NCBI GenBank assembly: GCA_963759075.1
Contig: CAVWXZ010000023.1
Span: 18,866-82,865 of the forward strand
Direction of reading: 5' to 3'
Length of the DNA stretch: 64,000 nt
Origin: an uncultured Gammaproteobacteria bacterium
GTDB taxonomy: Bacteria; Pseudomonadota; Gammaproteobacteria; Steroidobacterales; JABDLF01
In this document: one piece after another, positions 41,747 to 51,325 of the stretch
Numbering within the stretch: position 1 is the first letter of the stretch
Layout of the letters: each line of letters begins with the position of its first letter
Translations under genes and position numbers: made by a program
Notes under the pieces: generated by a model
Seen by the model: the letters and a program-made list of their open reading frames with translations, nothing else
The model's database searches: none
What the model was told of the DNA's origin: nothing

Positions 41747-42276
41747 TTACATCGCGGCGATGCGCCGGCCAAATTCGTCCACCGAGTCCCAGTTCGTAAA
41801 CTCGGTCGTACTGCTGGGGTCCGTCGGCCCCTTGGTGATCCACATGATCAGACGAATCATCTGACGATCTATGAACTTGTATCGCGGGTAGTCTATTTTT
41901 CCCGGCAAATACGGCCATGGTCTTCGGCTGCCAGGCAATCTGCTTCAGGAACTTCTGCAGGTAAGGGTTTGTCTCCGGCAGATTCTTTTCCGGCTTCCTC
42001 GCCACCACGTTTACCGAAAACAATGCGCTGGGCTTGCTTTCCAGCGTCTGCTGGTTCTTGTTGATGAACTTGCTCACCTGCGGCTGGTGCTTGCCGTAGC
42101 GGATGCTCGCACCAATTACGACCTTGTCGAAAGGCGCCAGATCTACATCTGCATGATCGCTCATCGCCAAGACCGTCGCCTCGTGCGACTGCGGAGCGAA
42201 CCACCTCCTGCAGGCGCTCGCAGATCATCTTCGTGTGTCCGTCCGTCGTTGAATAAATAATTAGAATCCTGGCCAC
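41747..42276 (-). pseudogene. hemG: flavodoxin-like protoporphyrinogen IX dehydrogenase (menaquinone-dependent), 2 frameshifts
   Basis: ILIIYSTTDGHTK (41893..42336), FDKVVIGASIRYGKH...FSVNVVARKPEK (41463..42170) and YPRYKFIDRQMIRLIM (41747..41938) parallel E. coli HemG. One junction is at the T5 run 41896..41900. Confidence 0.8.
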
Positions 42277-42466
42277 AACCGTTCTCCGAAAATCGTCCGT
42301 GTAAATGTCAGTTTTGTTATCGCTTGCCGGTGCCACGCGCCAGCGCGCGAAGTCTCTCCACGCGCCAGTTTCGCATAAACATGCTTAACCGACCTGCCTG
42401 CCCGGCCAGATCGCACCCAACTCTTTTCTGACCGGCTGCTATGACCGAATGTTCACCCGCATAATC

Positions 42467-42497
42467 AAAAAAGGGCCCGCGCTTCAAACGCGGGCCC
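42467..42497 (-). terminator. rho-independent terminator of the cytochrome gene
   Basis: The minus strand reads GGGCCCGCG-TTTGAAG-CGCGGGCCC followed by T6. It starts 27 nt after the stop at 42524. Confidence 0.85.
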
Positions 42498-42523
42498 TGC
42501 GCAGACGCTCGGTACCGACTGCG

Positions 42524-44190
42524 CTACGGCCTCGTGCCTCCCAGGATCGGGTCGTCGCTCCAGCCCAGGCTCGTCCAGTCGAACTGGCCGCTGGTGTGGC
42601 AGCTGGTGCAGGTGCCGCCCTTGCCAAGCGCCTGTTCCTTCGGCGCCACCTCGTGGTTGACGGTCAGGTACATGACGGTATCGACGAACTCGTAGTCGCC
42701 GGAATACGTCTGACCCGTATAGGCCGCGCCATCCTGCAGAGCGAGATCCCAGTCGAAGTTCGCCCAGTACGGATTGGGGCCACCCTTGCCACCGAACAGG
42801 TGCGGCACCAGCATGGTCTTGTTGTTCGCATCCGCCACCTGGTTGCCGATCATCTTCTTGAACGGATAGATCATGGCGTTCGGCGTGTTGTAGTCCGCCG
42901 CGGGCGCGCCAAGCACGACCGGCGTGGTGGTGTACTGATCGTTGACATTGATCATCATGCGATCCCACTTGCCGTCGAAGTACAGCAGTGTGGGCCGCAC
43001 ATTGTTCTTCCAGACGAAGGTGCCTTTCTTCTTGTCATAGGTTGGCCGCCCCGTTACCGGGTCATCGGAATAGGAGTCGATATCCTGACCGGCATCTTCC
43101 CAGTACCACTCCGTCTTGGTCGAGGTGTCCCTCGCAAAGGTGGGGATGTGGCAGACCTGGCAGGCCAGCTTGCTGTGATCCGGATTCGCCGCCGTCAGAA
43201 TCGACTCGACCGGGTTGCCAACATGGACGCTGTAGACATCGCCGTGGCAGTCCTGGCAGGTCTTCATCGAACCTTCGTCGAGTCGAGTGATACGGCATGC
43301 CGCCGATACCATGATCGACCAGCTTGTCATCGACTTTCTTCACGCCGTGGCACATCACGCAGTTGAAGTTGCCACCGTCGGTGCCCATGTGCACGTCGTA
43401 CTCGCGCGTGGTGGCCACCAGCGACATAGCGAGGTCGCCGTGCTTCACGTTGTCACCGCCGCCCGCGTTAGCATGGCAGCCGATGCAGTTGGTGCGGCTC
43501 GGTACGCCGTCGTTCTGCGCCACGCTGCGCGCGACGACATTCAGGTCTACGCTCGGATCGGGCAGCCCGGCGGTTGTCAGGCCCTTCTTGTAGGTGCCAC
43601 TCTGGTCGTGGCAGACCAGGCAGTCGACGTTTTTCGGATCGCCGAATGTCAAAGGTCTTGTCGTCGTAGCCGTACCCCGCATGACACTCGGTGCAGCGGC
43701 CTTCGTTGGTCGGGACCGCGATACAGAAGTTGTTGATCAGGTCGTTCTTGCCGTGGATCTCGCCCTCGTAGCCCTGCGATGTTGGAGGCGACGCCCTGCC
43801 AGGTGAAGTGTGCCTTGGTCAGCATGTCGGCGCCGGTGAACCCGTGACAGTTCAGGCACGAGCCTGTGCCTTCATAGTCGTGGTCGGTGAAATAGCCCTG
43901 GTGCAGCTGTTCGCCCTCGTAGGCGCCGGCCACGACCGCGTTGCAGTCCGCAACGTCGACGACGCCGTCGCCCGTCACGTCTTCCTCGGGATCAGCTTGC
44001 CCGTTGGCATTCAGATCCCAGCAGCTGATGCCCGGGTGCGCCAGCTGCGCCTGCCGAACCTGAAGCGCCTGCAGCGCCCGCGGCTCCGGGTGCGCCGTCA
44101 TTGCCGTCGCAACCGGAAAAGTAAGAGCCGGACAAAGCCCCGCCAACAGTGCCAGAAATCCACGTGGTGATACGACGTTGCTTCGTTCAT
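42524..44190 (-). pseudogene. octahaem c-type cytochrome, tetrathionate-reductase (Otr) family, lipoprotein, at least 5 frameshifts
   Basis: Eight CxxCH motifs are recovered after frame joining: CLNCH, CTECH, CLVCH, CIGCH (followed by ANAGGGDNVKHGDL), CVMCH, CQDCH, CQVCH, CTSCH. Fragments are 43649..44269, 43062..43682 and 42524..43330, plus unlisted frames. ATG 44190 follows AGGAGG. Confidence 0.75.
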
Positions 44191-44330
44191 TTCGGCCTCC
44201 TGCGCTCACGGCGCAAAGCTGGGGCCAAGTCCGCGGAGTGTCCCGAGCCGACCCGGCCAGAGTGAGCATCTGCAGGAAGCAGGGAAGGATATGTTCCGAA
44301 TGGGTGTGCCCGAGTATCGCCGGCAGCCAT

Positions 44331-44347
44331 TAAGGAAGTCTTCCTTA
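44331..44347. promoter_or_regulatory. perfect palindrome TAAGGAAG-T-CTTCCTTA upstream of the cytochrome gene (candidate operator)
   Basis: 8-bp arms with a 1-nt centre, about 140 bp upstream of ATG 44190 in a relatively AT-rich spacer. It is flanked by three (A/G)TTTCCGAA-type direct repeats at 44291, 44361 and 44427. Confidence 0.3.
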
Positions 44348-44562
44348 TACTTCCTGGCAGAGTTTCCGAATATTACATTTCTCTTAATGTGGACTCTACT
44401 TGCTCAAGGAATTGTTGCCAGTCTGGAGTTTCCGAAGCACGCAGTACGTACAAATGCATAGCCGGGCACAGACGGTGCCCGATTATGTCAGCGGCTTCCT
44501 TCGTTATCGCGCCCGGGATCGAGGCGATCTTTTGGCTGGCGAACAGCGCGCCCGGCACCCGC

Positions 44563-45054
44563 TCAGGCTTTGTCAGCGAACAGGCCGAAATACAGGTTCG
44601 CGACCAGCACAAGGCTGCCAAGCACCAGTCCGCCGACACCGATGTAGGTGAACAGCTCGGTGAGAAAATGTTCGTGCGCGGGGCCGCGCCCGATGGAAGG
44701 TGCGAGCAGGAACATGCTCAGCCAGGAAAACGAGTACAGGCTGCCGAGGCCCAGCAACACGGAAGTGCCGGACTTCAGTTTTCGCGACAGGCTCGAGAAC
44801 ATTACCAGGATAATCAGGCCCAGCGAGTAGGCCGAGATACCGCCGGCATGAAAATGCGCGCGCTGCGCATAGCGCCAGATGCCGCCCTGGCTGCCCGCGT
44901 TGTGCAGCTCCGGGTTCGCGGCGATCCCTTCGGCCACGTAGTCCTTGAACGCATCTTCGTTCACGCCGAAGGCAATGCCCAGACCGATGTTAAAGAATAG
45001 TCCGAGCAAGACTATCGCAAGCCCTGCTTTAACGGGTGAAAGTTCAGCTGTCAT
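44563..45054 (-). CDS. four-TM membrane protein with paired HxH motifs
   Basis: Intact 163-aa ORF with 4 hydrophobic helices. RAHFHAGG precedes TM2 and PAHEHF precedes TM4. No family recognised. Confidence 0.6.
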   Translation of the reverse strand: MTAELSPVKAGLAIVLLGLFFNIGLGIAFGVNEDAFKDYVAEGIAANPELHNAGSQGGIWRYAQRAHFHAGGISAYSLGLIILVMFSSLSRKLKSGTSVLLGLGSLYSFSWLSMFLLAPSIGRGPAHEHFLTELFTYIGVGGLVLGSLVLVANLYFGLFADKA

Positions 45055-45159
45055 TTGTTCTTCTCCTCAACTCGATTCGGGGCATCAGCAAGACGGCGGA
45101 GGGATCATAAGCCAGCCGCCGTCGGCGAACAATTGCGGGCTGCGCCCGGATGGTCCGCT

Positions 45160-46200
45160 GGATTCCCGCCCCCGGATCAGGTCCGGGGCAGGCTCCGCGG
45201 GAATGACAGTAAGGCGGAAATGACGAGTGAACGGGCGTAGCGCCAGTAGCCGGAATGACGAATTTGGGCGCAGCTTTACCGGGGATCGGGGATCGCTTCG
45301 TAGCGACATTGCGACAGCAGGAGCCAGAAGCGATACCGGATCCCAAGTGCGACGGCCGGGGAAACACTGCGCGATAGTCCTGCCGCGATTGCTTAGCTGC
45401 GTTCGCAAGTAAAGTGTTGCGGCTGCGCCGATTCGCTGGAACTGGATTCCCGCCCCGGATCAGGTCCGGGGCAGGCTTTTCGCGGGAATGACAGGAAGGC
45501 GGGAATGGCGAATTCAGGCACAGCGTTACAGGGGATCGGGGATCGCTTCGTAGCGACATTGCGACAGCAGGAGCAAGAAGCGATACCGGATCCCAAATGC
45601 GATGGCCGGATACACACCGCGCGATAGTCGTCCCGCCATTGCTTCGCTGCGTTCGCAAGAAGGTGTCACGGCTGCGCCGATTCGCTGGAACTGGATTCCC
45701 GCTTTCGCGGGAATGACAGGAAGGCGGGAATGGCGAATTCAGGCACAGCGTTACAGGGGATCGGGGATCGCTTCGTAGCGACATTGCGACAGCAGGAGCA
45801 AGAAGCGATACCGGATCCCAAATGCGATGACCGGATACACACCGCGCGATAGTCGTCCCGCCATTGCTTCGCTGCGTTCGCAAGAAAGTGTCACGGTTGC
45901 GCCGATTCGCTGGAACTGGATTCCCGCCCCGGATCAGGTCCGGGGCAGGCTTTCGCGGGAATGACGAGTTCTGGCACAGCGTTACACGGGATCGGGGATC
46001 GCTTCGTAGCGACATTGCGACAGCAGGAGCAAGAAGCGATACCGGATCCCGACCACTACGCCTCTCAGACTGGCAAGACGCAGGCCCGAGCAGAGACAAC
46101 CTTGCGATAGTGACGAGTTCAGGCACAGCGTTACAGCGGGATCGGGGATCGCTTCGTAGCGACATTGCGACAGCAGGAGCAAGAAGCGATACCGGATCCC
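45160..46200. repeat. about 1.1-kb tandem array of a 226-270-bp composite unit built from two nested-hairpin repeat types
   Basis: A 64-nt hairpin element (GGGGATCGGGGATCGCTTC-27 nt-GAAGCGATACCGGATCCC) occurs at 45281, 45531, 45756, 45987 and 46137. A GGATTCCCGC...GCGGGAATGAC palindrome occurs at 45160, 45444, 45693 (short form) and 45918. The long forms carry an inner CCCCGGATCAGGTCCGGGG hairpin. Confidence 0.9.
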
Positions 46201-46251
46201 GACCGCGACTACACTCGAGCCTGCATCAGAGCGCAGGGGCTGCCGCCGCCC

Positions 46252-47218
46252 TCACTTCCCGATGGGATGCCAGGTGGTTTTGACTTCCTGGGTGTCGGCG
46301 ATCAGGTAGGGGTTGCGGCTGTCGGCATCGGCCCAGCGCGCCTGGCCGCGCACCACCACCCGCTTGATGTTGTCGGCGGCCAGCGTCTGCACCAGCTTGA
46401 TCGTGCTCTTCGTCCTTGCCGCAATAGACGATCGCGTTGACATCCATGTGCGAGGCGAAGTGTTCCAGCAGTTCGTCGCGCTGGCCGGTGAGCAGGTTGA
46501 CCACGCCGCCGGGCACATCCGAGGCGTGCAGCACCTCGGCGAAGCTCACCGCGGCGAGCGGCCGCGACTCGCTGGCGAGCACCACGCAGGTGTTGCCGCC
46601 GGCGATGGCAGGCGCCAGGTTGGCGATCAGACCCAGCAGCGGGCTCTTCTCCGGCGCCACCAGCGTCACCACGCCCGTGGGCTCCAGCAGCGAAAAATTG
46701 AAGTGCGACGAGCTCACGGGATTCACGCTGGAGAACACCTGCTGATACTTGTCGCACCAGCCGGCGAAGTACACCAGCCGGTCGATGGCCTCCTCAACCT
46801 CGGCCTTCGCCGCCGGCCGGGTCGCGCCCTGCTCGAAGAGCTCGGCAATGAACTGCTCCTTGCGGCCCTCCAGCATCTCGGCCACGCGATACAGGATCTG
46901 CCCGCGCAGGAAGGCGGTGCTGGCCGACCAGCCCGCGAAAGCGGCGCGCGCCGCCACCACCGCCTCACGGAAGTCCTTGCGGCTGGACAGGCACATGTTC
47001 GCAAGCGCCTCGCCCTTGCGGTCCAGCGCCTTGTAGAAGCGACCCGACTCGGTGCGCGGGAACTTGCCACCAATGTAGATCTTGTAGGTCTTCAGCACGC
47101 CGACGCGCTCGGGCTCGCTGGCCTTTTCAAGCCTGCGGGTTTTCTGCGCCACGCCCGTGCTCGCGCCTGTATCAGCCTGGCGGGCAGAACGCGCAATCAG
47201 TTTGTCATCGTTAGCCAT
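46252..47218 (-). pseudogene. truncated aldehyde-dehydrogenase-like protein (NAD-binding half only), one frameshift
   Basis: The ALDH N-terminal/cofactor domain (YIGGKF...AGWCDKY...PTGVVTLVAPEKSPLLG...GGVVNLLTG) is in 46226..47218. The tail (...AADNIKRVVV...YLIADTQEVKTTWHPIGK) is in 46252..46518. No ELGGK or catalytic Cys segment. Confidence 0.65.
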
Positions 47219-47235
47219 GTGCTCGATTCTCCGGT

Positions 47236-48729
47236 TCAGGCCAGTTCCAGGTAGGCGTTAAGGCCATGCAGGCCGCCCTCGCGTCCGACGCCGCTTTCCT
47301 TGTAGCCGCCAAACGGCGAGCCCGGATCGAACTTGTTGAAGGTGTTGGCCCAGACCACGCCGGCGCGCATCTGGTTCGAGACCTTGAAGATCTTGGCGCC
47401 CTTGTCGGTCCAGATGCCGCCCGACAAGCCGTAGGGCGTGTTGTTGGCCTTGGCGACGGCCTCGTCCACCGTGCGGAAGGTCTGCACCGCCAGCACCGGG
47501 CCGAAGATTTCTTCCTGCACGATGCGATGCGACTGCGCGACGTCCGTGAATACGGTGGGGCGGCACCAGTAGCCTTTGTCCGGCAGCGGCACAGGATGAC
47601 TGGAACATGGTGCCGCCCTCCTGCTGCCCGATCTCCAGGTACTTGTTGATGGTTTCGAGCTGCATCTTCGAGTTGATCGCGCCGATGTCGGTGTTCTTGT
47701 CCAGCGGATCGCCCACGATCAGGGTTTCCATCCGGTCGCGCAGCCTGCGCGACCACGTCCTCTGCCACCGACTCCTGCACCAGCAGCCGCGAGCCCGCAC
47801 AGCACACGTGGCCCTGGTTGAAGAAGATGCCGTTGACGATGCCCTCCACGGCCTGGTCGATGGCGGCATCCTCGAAGATGATGTTGGCCGCCTTGCCGCC
47901 AAGCTCCAGCGTGTAACGCGTGCGCCTGCCGGCCAGCGCCTTCTGGATAATGCGCGCCCACGTCGGTGGAGCCGGTGAACGCGATCTTGTCGATGTCGGG
48001 ATGATCGACGATGCGCCGCCCCGGTCTTGCCCGCGCCGGTCACGATGTTCACCACGCCCGGCGGCAGCCCGGCCTCCTGGATCACTTCGGCCAGCAGCAG
48101 CGCGGTGAGCGGCGTGGTCTCGGCGGGCTTCAGCACCACCGTGTTGCCGCAGGCCAGCGCCGGCGCGATTTTCCAGGCGGCCATGAGCAGCGGGAAGTTC
48201 CAGGGAATGATCTGCCCGGCGACGCCGACCGGCTGCGACTTGCGGCCGGGGAACGCGTAGTCGAGCTTGTCGGCCCAGCCGGCGTAGTAGAAGAAGTGCG
48301 CGGCGGCCAGCGGCACGTCGATGTCGCGCGACTCGCGGATCGGCTTGCCGCCGTCCAGCGACTCGATCACCGCAAACTCGCGCGCCCGCTCCTGCATCGC
48401 GCGCGCAATGCGATAAATATATTTGCCGCGCGGTGGCCGCATTGAGTTTCGACCAGTGCCGCCGGTAGGCCTTGCGCGCGGCCTTGACCGCGCGATCCAC
48501 GTCGCCGGCCGCCGGCTTCCGCGACCTCGGCGATCTTCTGCTCGGTGGCCGGATTGACCGTGGCGAAATACTTGCCGGCCTCGGGCGCCACGAACTCGCC
48601 GCCGATGAACAGCTCATAGCGGTCGCGCAGGCGCAGCTGAGCGGTGGATTCCGGCGCCGGCGAGTAACTCCAGTCCGTATCGAACTGCAGGCCAGCGCCC
48701 TGTCCCCGGTCTTTGTCTTTGCTGCTCAT
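47236..48729 (-). pseudogene. NAD(P)-dependent aldehyde dehydrogenase, at least 5 frameshifts
   Basis: [12 protein letters not shown] (48367..48729), [37 protein letters not shown] (47258..48442) and [10 protein letters not shown]...[15 protein letters not shown] (47236..47592), with intervening parts in other frames. Confidence 0.8.
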
Positions 48730-48742
48730 AGTGGTTCCGGTA

Positions 48743-49673
48743 TCAATCCTGTGAGAAATAATCGGGCGACTGGTAGGCGCCGGTCTCCTGCTTGACTAGC
48801 TGCATCAGCACGTCGTTGGCGAGGCTGCTGGCACCGAAGCGAAACCATTCCGGCGACAGCCACGCCTGGCCCAGGGTCTCGCGCAGCATCACCAGGTAGT
48901 GCACGGCCAGCTTGGCCTTCGAAATGCCGCCCGCCGGCTTCATGCCCACCATGCGGCCGGTCTCGCGATAGTAGTCCCGGATCGCCTGCAGCATGACCAG
49001 CGTCACTTCCATGGTCGCGGCGGGCTGGATCTTGCCCGTGGACGTCTTGATGAAATCGGCGCCCGCATGCATGGCCAGCACGCTGGCCCTGCGCACGTTG
49101 TCCAGCGTGTTGAGCTCGCCCGTTTCAAGAATGACCTTCAGGTGCGCGTCACCGCAGGCTTCCTTGATGGCGACGATCTCGTCGAATACGTGGGCGTAGT
49201 CGCCACCGCAGGAATGCGCCGCGCGATATCACCATGTCGATTTCGTCGGCGCCGGCCGCGACGGCCGTGCGGGTTTCTTCCAGCTTGAGCCTGAGGTCGG
49301 TCATGCCGCTGGGGAAACCGGTGGCCACCGAGGCCACGTGAATGCCGCTGTCGCCGAGCGCCTCGCGCGCCACCGCCACCATGTTCGGATACACGCAGAC
49401 GGCAGCAACGTGCGGCAGGTCGGGCAGTGCGCCATGCAGGTGCCGCGCCTTGGCGCACAGCTGGCGCACCTTGCCGGGCGTGTCCATGCCTTCCAGCGTG
49501 GTCAGGTCGATCATGGACAGCACCATCTTCAGGGCCGCAACTTTCGACGCCTTCTTGATGCTGCGCGAGCGAAACCGCGCCACGCGCTCTTCGACGCCGA
49601 CCTGGTCGACGCGCGGCACGCGGCCCAGGTCGGGCAGGATCGGCTCGGGATGCTTGTCAGGTATTGCGTTCAT
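48743..49673 (-). pseudogene. deoC: deoxyribose-phosphate aldolase (long form), frameshifted
   Basis: MIDLTTLEG and VASVATGFPSG are in 49149..49673. The catalytic-Lys motif FIKTSTGK and KPAGGI are in 48743..49096. Confidence 0.8.
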
Positions 49674-49797
49674 TCAAAAAGCGTAACGATAAAACGGGGA
49701 ACCAAGGTTGACAGGCGGCGGCGGAAAATCCACCTTTTCAAGTATACTGCACCGTCGCCGGCCCTGGGCACCCGTTGCAGGCAATTACAAGAACACC

Positions 49798-50382
49798 ATG
49801 GCAAAGCTCTATTTTTATTACTCATCCATGAACGCCGGTAAGTCCACCGCGCTGTTGCAGTCCAGCTATAACTACAAGGAACGCGGCATGAACACGCTGA
49901 TCTTTGCGCCGCAGGTGGATGATCGCTACGGCCGCGGCAAGGTCAAGTCGCGCATCGGCCTGGAAGCGGTCGCCAGGACGTTCGCGCCCCGGGATAACCT
50001 GCTGCAGATCGCGCGCTCCAGGGCGGAGGAACAGCCGCTGCATTGTGTCATGGTCGACGAGGCGCAGTTCCTGACCAAGCGCCAGGTATTCGAGCTGGGC
50101 GAGATCACCGACACAATGGACATTCCGGTACTCGCCTACGGACTACGCACGGATTTTCAGGGCGAACCCTTCGAGGGCAGCAAGTATCTGCTGGCCTGGG
50201 CCGATAACCTCAAGGAGCTCAAGGCCATCTGCCACTGCGGAAAAAAGGCAACTATGGTCGTACGCATGGATCCCCAGGGCAACACGGTGGTGGAAGGCGC
50301 GCAGGTGGAAATTGGCGGCAACGACCGCTATATCTCCATGTGCAGGCGACACTTTAAGAAAGCGTTTTACAAGAAGCCCTGA
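49798..50382 (+). CDS. tdk: thymidine kinase
   Basis: Internal ATG of ORF 49708..50382. P-loop MNAGKST, VDEAQF and the zinc ribbon CHCGKKA...CRRH are present. Confidence 0.9.
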   Translation: MAKLYFYYSSMNAGKSTALLQSSYNYKERGMNTLIFAPQVDDRYGRGKVKSRIGLEAVARTFAPRDNLLQIARSRAEEQPLHCVMVDEAQFLTKRQVFELGEITDTMDIPVLAYGLRTDFQGEPFEGSKYLLAWADNLKELKAICHCGKKATMVVRMDPQGNTVVEGAQVEIGGNDRYISMCRRHFKKAFYKKP

Positions 50383-50404
50383 CCGGAGCGCCCGGAAACA
50401 CACC

Positions 50405-51325
50405 ATGCCCTCCCGACGCCTTTATTCCAGGGACGTTTTCGACCTTGGCCAGTTCTTCAACCTGTCGCGGGACATGCTCTGCATTGCAAGCATGGATGGG
50501 TACTTCCAGCTCGTGAACCGCGCATTCGAAGAAACGCTTGGGCACACATCCGATGAACTGCTGGCCAGGCCCTTCCTCGAACTGGTGCACCCGGACGATA
50601 TCGAGGCCACCATGCGGGAATTGGAAAACCTGTCCGGTGGTGTGACGACCCAGGCGTTCGAGAATCGCTTCCGCTGCACCGATGGCAGCTACAAGCGCCT
50701 GCGCTGGACGGCCTATCCTAAGCCAGAGCTGTCGCTTATCTACGCGGTGGCGCGCGATATGTCCGAACGTGACCGGCTGATCGATCGCCTGCGCGACGTT
50801 TCACCTGTTGACGCCCTGACCGGTCTCGCGACCCACAGTGCCTTTGAGCAGCAGCTGCAAAACGAATGGCACCGGGAACAGCGCTTTCACCAACCGCTGA
50901 CCGTAGCCATCGTGGACGCCGACAATTTCTCTGACTACAACTCGCAGCATGGTCATACCGCAGGTGACGAAGCGATTCGCGCGATTGCGTCGGTGTTGCG
51001 CCAGCGCTTCCACCAGGCCGGAGACCTGACCGCGCGAATTGCCGGAGAAAAATTCGGGCTCCTGCTGCCGGGTTCCGAGGCCGCGGCGATTGCCGCCCAG
51101 GCGGAGCTGGTCCGTAGTGAAATCGAGCAACTCAACATTCCGCATCCACTGGTGCAGGCGGCCCCGCGGGTGACCGTGAGCATCGGCATTGCCACGGCCA
51201 TACCCGCAGACGGGATGCAGCCGGAAGCCCTGGTGACACAGGCTGATGCCGCCGTAAAAACCGCCAAGGAAGCGGGCCGTAACAAGGTCATCGTGTACCA
51301 GCAGGAACAGGCACCCGCCCGGTAG
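50405..51325 (+). CDS. PAS-domain protein with a degenerate GGDEF domain
   Basis: Internal ATG of ORF 50312..51325. A PAS core (MLCIASMDGYFQLVNRAFEETLGH...) is present. The GGDEF-domain A-site reads RIAGEKF instead of RxGG(D/E)EF. Confidence 0.8.
   Translation: MPSRRLYSRDVFDLGQFFNLSRDMLCIASMDGYFQLVNRAFEETLGHTSDELLARPFLELVHPDDIEATMRELENLSGGVTTQAFENRFRCTDGSYKRLRWTAYPKPELSLIYAVARDMSERDRLIDRLRDVSPVDALTGLATHSAFEQQLQNEWHREQRFHQPLTVAIVDADNFSDYNSQHGHTAGDEAIRAIASVLRQRFHQAGDLTARIAGEKFGLLLPGSEAAAIAAQAELVRSEIEQLNIPHPLVQAAPRVTVSIGIATAIPADGMQPEALVTQADAAVKTAKEAGRNKVIVYQQEQAPAR

Noticed and set aside
44373-44639. 88-aa ORF in the spacer between the HxH membrane protein gene and the cytochrome gene
   Set aside because: It overlaps the 3' end of the membrane-protein gene in another frame. 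There is no Shine-Dalgarno and no recognisable features. The region is better explained as a regulatory spacer.
45044-46165. 373-aa ORF spanning the repeat array
   Set aside because: Its sequence is just the translation of the tandem hairpin repeats (recurring SLRSDPRS, NPVPANRRSR). There is no start context and no protein-like composition. It is an artefact of stop-free repeats.
45281-46200. Integron attC / gene-cassette array interpretation of the 64-nt imperfect hairpins
   Set aside because: The sequence between hairpins is repeated rather than cassette ORFs. There is no intI gene and no GTTRRRY-type core sites flanking the stems.
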